Shown piece by piece: positions 32,330 through 36,594 of a DNA stretch of 36,594 bases. Positions within the stretch are counted from its first letter, which is position 1. Every line of letters starts with the position of its first letter. Origin of the DNA: Neophaeotheca triangularis (Eukaryota); NCBI GenBank assembly GCA_054600435.1, contig BAAIJX010000104.1, positions 1 to 36,594 of the forward strand. The letters are read 5' to 3'. The notes below the pieces were generated by a model. That model made no database searches. It saw only the letters and a list, made by a program, of their open reading frames with translations, and was not told the origin of the DNA. A program made the translations under genes and the position numbers.

Positions 32330-33917
32330 TTAGTAGTAGCTCTCCTCGACGGTGCCCTTAGACATAACACTATCGTCGGCGAGAAGCTCCTACGACTAGT
32401 AGTCCTCTAAGGTACCCGAGGGAGCGCTAGGGGCGCTATTAATAGGGTTACGCGTATTAAGTATCTTGTAGCTCTAGAACGAGCTACCGCTAGTATATGT
32501 CTAGTAGGCATATACCTACATGTCGTAGAGGGTCTTACGGCCCGTAAGAGTGTTATTAAAGTTACTCTATAGAGACTACTCGCCGATAAAGATAGGGAAC
32601 TTACTATTACCCTACCTAACGTACTAGGCTTAGCTATATATAGCTAGGCCGACGTATTACTAATAGATACTAGCTCTAGAGGAGAAGTAGATATAGCTAT
32701 CGATAACGAGGTTAGTGCCTTCGTTATAGAAGGGAGACTAGTATATCTCGCTAAAGAAGGAATCCTAAAGTATAATAGGGATATACTTATCGACCTAGAA
32801 GACCCTAGCGAGGTAAGCCTTAATCTAGGTATTAATCTAATTAGTACTAGTATTAGTAAGACTATTAGGTATAGCGAATCTAGTAAAGTTATTAGAAAAC
32901 TTATTGCCTAGACATAGAGTAAAAGCCTCTATATAGCTAGACTCCTAAATAAAGTCTAAGAGGGAGTCGAAGACTATAAGAGAGTGCCCGAAGTTCGTCG
33001 CGTTCTAGAACTACTCGTTATAGCTAAAAGCCTTACCGATTAGTAGGGTATTAATACTACTAGGTAGACTATATAGGCTAAGAATGATATATATACTATA
33101 TTTATCGATCGTATAGTTCGTTATAGTACGTAAATATTTGCGTTAGTTACTATAGTATAGCTAGCTTCTAGGGATTTCTACCTAGACTATATAGGTCGTA
33201 GGGATACGAAGAGTATTAATACTAAGCTTACCTATCTTGTCGACGTCATTAGTAGTAAAGAAACTTGTAAACCTGTCTTTAAGGATAGGGCTATAGACCT
33301 TAAACCCGACATTCTCGTACTAGCTCTACTCATTAGGGGACTCGCTAACATTATTCGCCTACTACTTGACGTCGTAGTTCTCCTTCTACTCTATCTATAT
33401 GCCGATTCCTATACCGTTAGACTTATAGGTCTTCTAATTAATAAAGGAAAGGTCATTACTATTACCTCTATTCCTATTTCTATTACCGTTATTACCGTTA
33501 CTATTACCGTTACTATTACCGTTACTATTACTATTACTATTACTATTACTATTACTATTACTATTATTACTATTACTATTATTACTATTACCGTTACCGT
33601 TATTACTATTACTATTACTATTACTATTATTACTATTACTATTACCGTTATTACTATTACTATTACTATTACTATTATTACTATTACTATTACCCTTACC
33701 CTTACTATTATTACTATTACTATCATTACTATTTCCGTTATTAGAGTTAGCCTAGACGTTAGTGTTAGCGTTACTTAGAAGTTTATACTTATTATTACTA
33801 CGAGTACTATTAACTATAGGGACGTCTAAGTCGAGGTAGCTAAAGGCCTAGCTATAGATCGTAGCGTTAGTCTCTAGCGTAGTACCGAGCTCTTCGACTT
33901 TTTTCGTAAGTCTACTA
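32330..33917 (-). pseudogene. RIP-inactivated GH5 beta-glucanase (Exg/ExgB-like) with N-terminal Gly-Asn repeat; 5' end cut by an insertion
   Basis: One frame for ~1.6 kb reads FIN*KTYKSNG...NTLRIPTTY...LYSLPSSIN...GNK...IPIIL*DSF...NLVIDSYIY...KFPIFIGE*SL*...SGSSF*S. All stops are TAG/TAA, consistent with mutated Trp/Gln codons. Confidence 0.8.
33481..33733. repeat. (ACT ATT / ACC GTT)n imperfect microsatellite within the GH5 pseudogene frame
   Basis: Direct reading; in frame with the GH5 relic. Confidence 0.9.
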
Positions 33918-36594
33918 CCCTGCTCGGTGGTAGAACTGACTTATACCGGCAAAAAACGGTCCGTTTTACCGGCAAATTTAAATTCTTGTTTTTTTAGTGG
34001 TAGAACCGGGAATTTTGATATTTTAAGGTAAGGAATCGATTCCTAAGGGCTTAAATACCCTAGAAAACATATTAAAACATTAGATTTACTTAAGTCTCTT
34101 AATAGGGTAGGGTAAAGGCCCTAGACCTTAGGGTATAACCCTAATTTCCAAAAAGGGTAATTTTGTAAAATCTAAAGTTATAGTCTTCTTCTTTAGGGTC
34201 TATATAGCTACTTTAGACTTAAAAGTATAGGAATACCTAGTATAGTAATTAAATAAGGGTGCTTTTAGATTAGAGTTAGAGATATTAAGGAACTTAGGAC
34301 TTATAAAATATAGGAGGGGTTTATACTTAATAGGAACTTTACCCTAGCCTTTTTTAGGGTTTAGGAAGTTATATACTAAGCCTATATAAGTATTAAAGGG
34401 TGTACTAAGGTTATTAAGTAATTAAATCTAGATTAAAGTAAATAATCTTAAGGATAACAAAAGCATTTTAGGACTAACTTCTAGTATATATAAGTAATAG
34501 TATTCTTAGGGTTTATATAGATCTTTAGCGATTAATAGAGTATATTAATAGTCTCTTTATAGTAGTAGAGGCCCCTAGTAGTACTAGTAAGACTAAATTA
34601 GAATAAGGTCTCTCTTACTAGTAAAGTACTTTAGGGACTATCTTTAGACTAGCGCTATTATATTAGACTACTACTACATTATAATAGTATTTAAAAGGTC
34701 TTTAGGCTCCTAAGTAACTTAGACTAAAGCTCTAGTAGTTTATTATAAGTTAAAGGGAAGTTAAGAAGTATAGTAAATAAGGTAAAGTAGAAATAATAGG
34801 GAGTAATGTATTATTATAAAGCAAATAAGATTAGGATATATATAAGGTAATATGAATATACTATTCTCTTTAGATATACTTAAGCTCTCTTTTAGCCAAA
34901 GGATTAGTCTATAAGTAGTAGTAATGTATATAGATAAGGATCCTTAGCCTAAAACTAAAATTTAGTATAGAGATAGTAGTAATAGGGGTATAACTATAAA
35001 ATCTTTAGGGTTAGCTCTATTAGAACCTATATATTCATAATATACCCTATTTTACTATTTTCTAGTATATATAGGTTATTATACCTTAATGTAAAGAAAG
35101 TACGTTTAACGTATACCTAGGTATAACAATATAGATAGTAACTATAAGGAAAGCTAAATAGCACAATCTATAGCTTATAATATATATATTAAGATGATAA
35201 TATTATACTTACTTAAAACTAATAGATCCTACTATAATAATAGAAAGTCTTATTTAGTTATTTCTCTCTTAGCTCCTTATTAAAGCTAGGGTCTAGATAA
35301 GGGTTTCTAAAGCTTTAGGTCTTATAAAACATAGTATTAAGAATAAAAAAGCTCTATATACCTAAGAGTATATAAGGCATTTAGGCCTTTATACCTAGCT
35401 ATCTATAGAATACTCTAAAATTAAAACCCTTATATTAGTACTATTAAGGATTTTTAGACTAATCTAAATAGAACAATTTACTTAATACTACTAATACTAG
35501 CTATGTATAAACTTTTATTACTATCGAGTAAGTACTTCCTTAGATATAGCCTTAAAGTATAGTAAAATCCTAGAAGTTTCTTGATTTTAGGTACTAGGTA
35601 CTTTAAGTTACCCTGGATTTTCTTAGGATAGAGCCTTCCCTTTCTAGACTACCCCACATTCTTAGAGATAAGATAGAGATGAATGAAGGGAGATATAAGG
35701 GCACTCCTTTCCCCCTTAAATTTCAAGGAAAGTAAGATACTTCTTTCTACAATCAAAATTCCCTACTACTACATCTACCTACACTTTTACCTTTTAAGTC
35801 TTCCTAGGCCTTTACCCTAACCCTACTTCTATAATGTCATCACCCTTTGTCTCTATTCCTATCTCTAAGCCTAGAGGTATTAGGAAAGGGGGGAAGAAAG
35901 GTACTAATAAGGGGATTTACATTAAGTAAGTTTTTTATCTTTTTTTTTTTTTTTAGCTAATACCTAATACTTATTAGGAACCCTACTTATCGTGCCGAAC
36001 GGATCGTAAATGCCGAGCTCCTTAAGACCTTAGAGAAGGTTAAAGAGGAGAAGAGAGTAATTTCTCTAGCTCTAGAAGAAGAGAAAGAAAAGAATAGAAA
36101 AAAGGATGAAATCATAAAAGGTATATTGCTTTCCCTTTTTTTATATCTTCTTTAACTAACTATTAATCTAGAGAAAGAAGAGGGTCTAGTCTTCTTAAAA
36201 GGAAGAGTAGAGACCCTAGAGCTAGAGGCTCTTACTAAGGAGATTAATAGGAATAATTTAGAGAGTAAATCTCTAAATCCTATAAATCCCTTAGAGTCTC
36301 TAGAAGATTACCCTCTAGATTTTGATTTTGATTTAAGTAGTAAGTAACTCCCTTTACCTTTAATAGAAACTTATCTAACTTAAGATTATAGATTTTCCTT
36401 ATGATGATTTTATATTAGATAACTAGGGAAGGGATAGGAGTTAGGAGTTAGGAGTTATATAAAGCTTTATTATTTTTTCTTTAATTTTATAACTCTCTTA
36501 TAGCTATTAAGAGTAAGTATTATAAAGAGATTAGGATATCTCTTAATAGATAAGAAGGTAAGGAGCTATATTAATAAATAGATATAAAAAGTAT
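33918..36594. mobile_element. Heavily RIP-mutated repetitive element, unclassified, running off the window
   Basis: Very AT-rich with TpA excess and CpA/TpG depletion. It begins abruptly at TA|CCCTGCTCGG, where the GH5 frame ends, with short subterminal direct repeats (GTGGTAGAAC x2, TACCGGCAAA x2). Confidence 0.65.
35834..36347 (+). CDS. Small three-exon basic/coiled-coil protein (136 aa) inside the RIP-ed element
   Basis: Exons 35834-35925, 35978-36120 and 36172-36347. Introns GTAAGT...GCTAAT...TAG and GTATAT...ACTAAC...TAG have matching phases and no in-frame stop. Confidence 0.55.

Noticed and set aside
32198..32410. 70-aa plus-strand ORF at the RIP boundary
   Set aside because: It overlaps the 3' end of the GH5 pseudogene in antisense, codon-aligned with it, and shows no independent motif.
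33409..33726. 105-aa poly-Ile/Val ORF that looks like a membrane protein
   Set aside because: It is an off-frame reading of the microsatellite; the informative frame is the GH5 relic.
33481..33733. Repeat tract as a CRISPR array or telomere
   Set aside because: The context is eukaryotic, there is no repeat-spacer structure and there are no TTAGGG arrays.
34140..35700. Degenerate reading frames in the RIP-ed element as a transposase, tyrosine recombinase (Starship captain/Crypton) or reverse transcriptase
   Set aside because: Coding-like stretches exist on the - strand, but no catalytic motif could be recognised by eye; left unclassified.

Overview
This is fungal (filamentous ascomycete) genomic DNA: short GT/GC-AG introns with CTRAY branch sites, a dispersed 5S rRNA gene and repeat-induced point mutation (RIP) signatures. 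It has three zones. (1) ~0.7-14 kb holds conserved housekeeping genes (MYG1, ICE2, 5S rRNA, COX18, ALG11, IGO1/endosulfine, SFM1). (2) ~14-31 kb holds accessory genes. The highlight is a five-gene candidate catabolic cluster at 14284-24497: amidase-signature amidase <- -> NCS1 nucleobase/allantoin-type permease -> <- Zn2Cys6 regulator <- MFS transporter <- -> PuuE-type metal-independent ring hydrolase. Its two divergent promoters share a CGG-N4-TCCGAC motif and dense GATA sites. A CYP65-like P450, a secreted CE5 esterase, an SDR and a LEA/H1-like low-complexity protein follow. (3) ~31.4-36.6 kb is decayed DNA: a BAHD-type acyltransferase pseudogene, a RIP-destroyed GH5 beta-glucanase gene cut off by a RIP-ed element, and inside that element a small three-exon ORF that is still open. 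All family calls come from motif recognition by eye; no database search was run.
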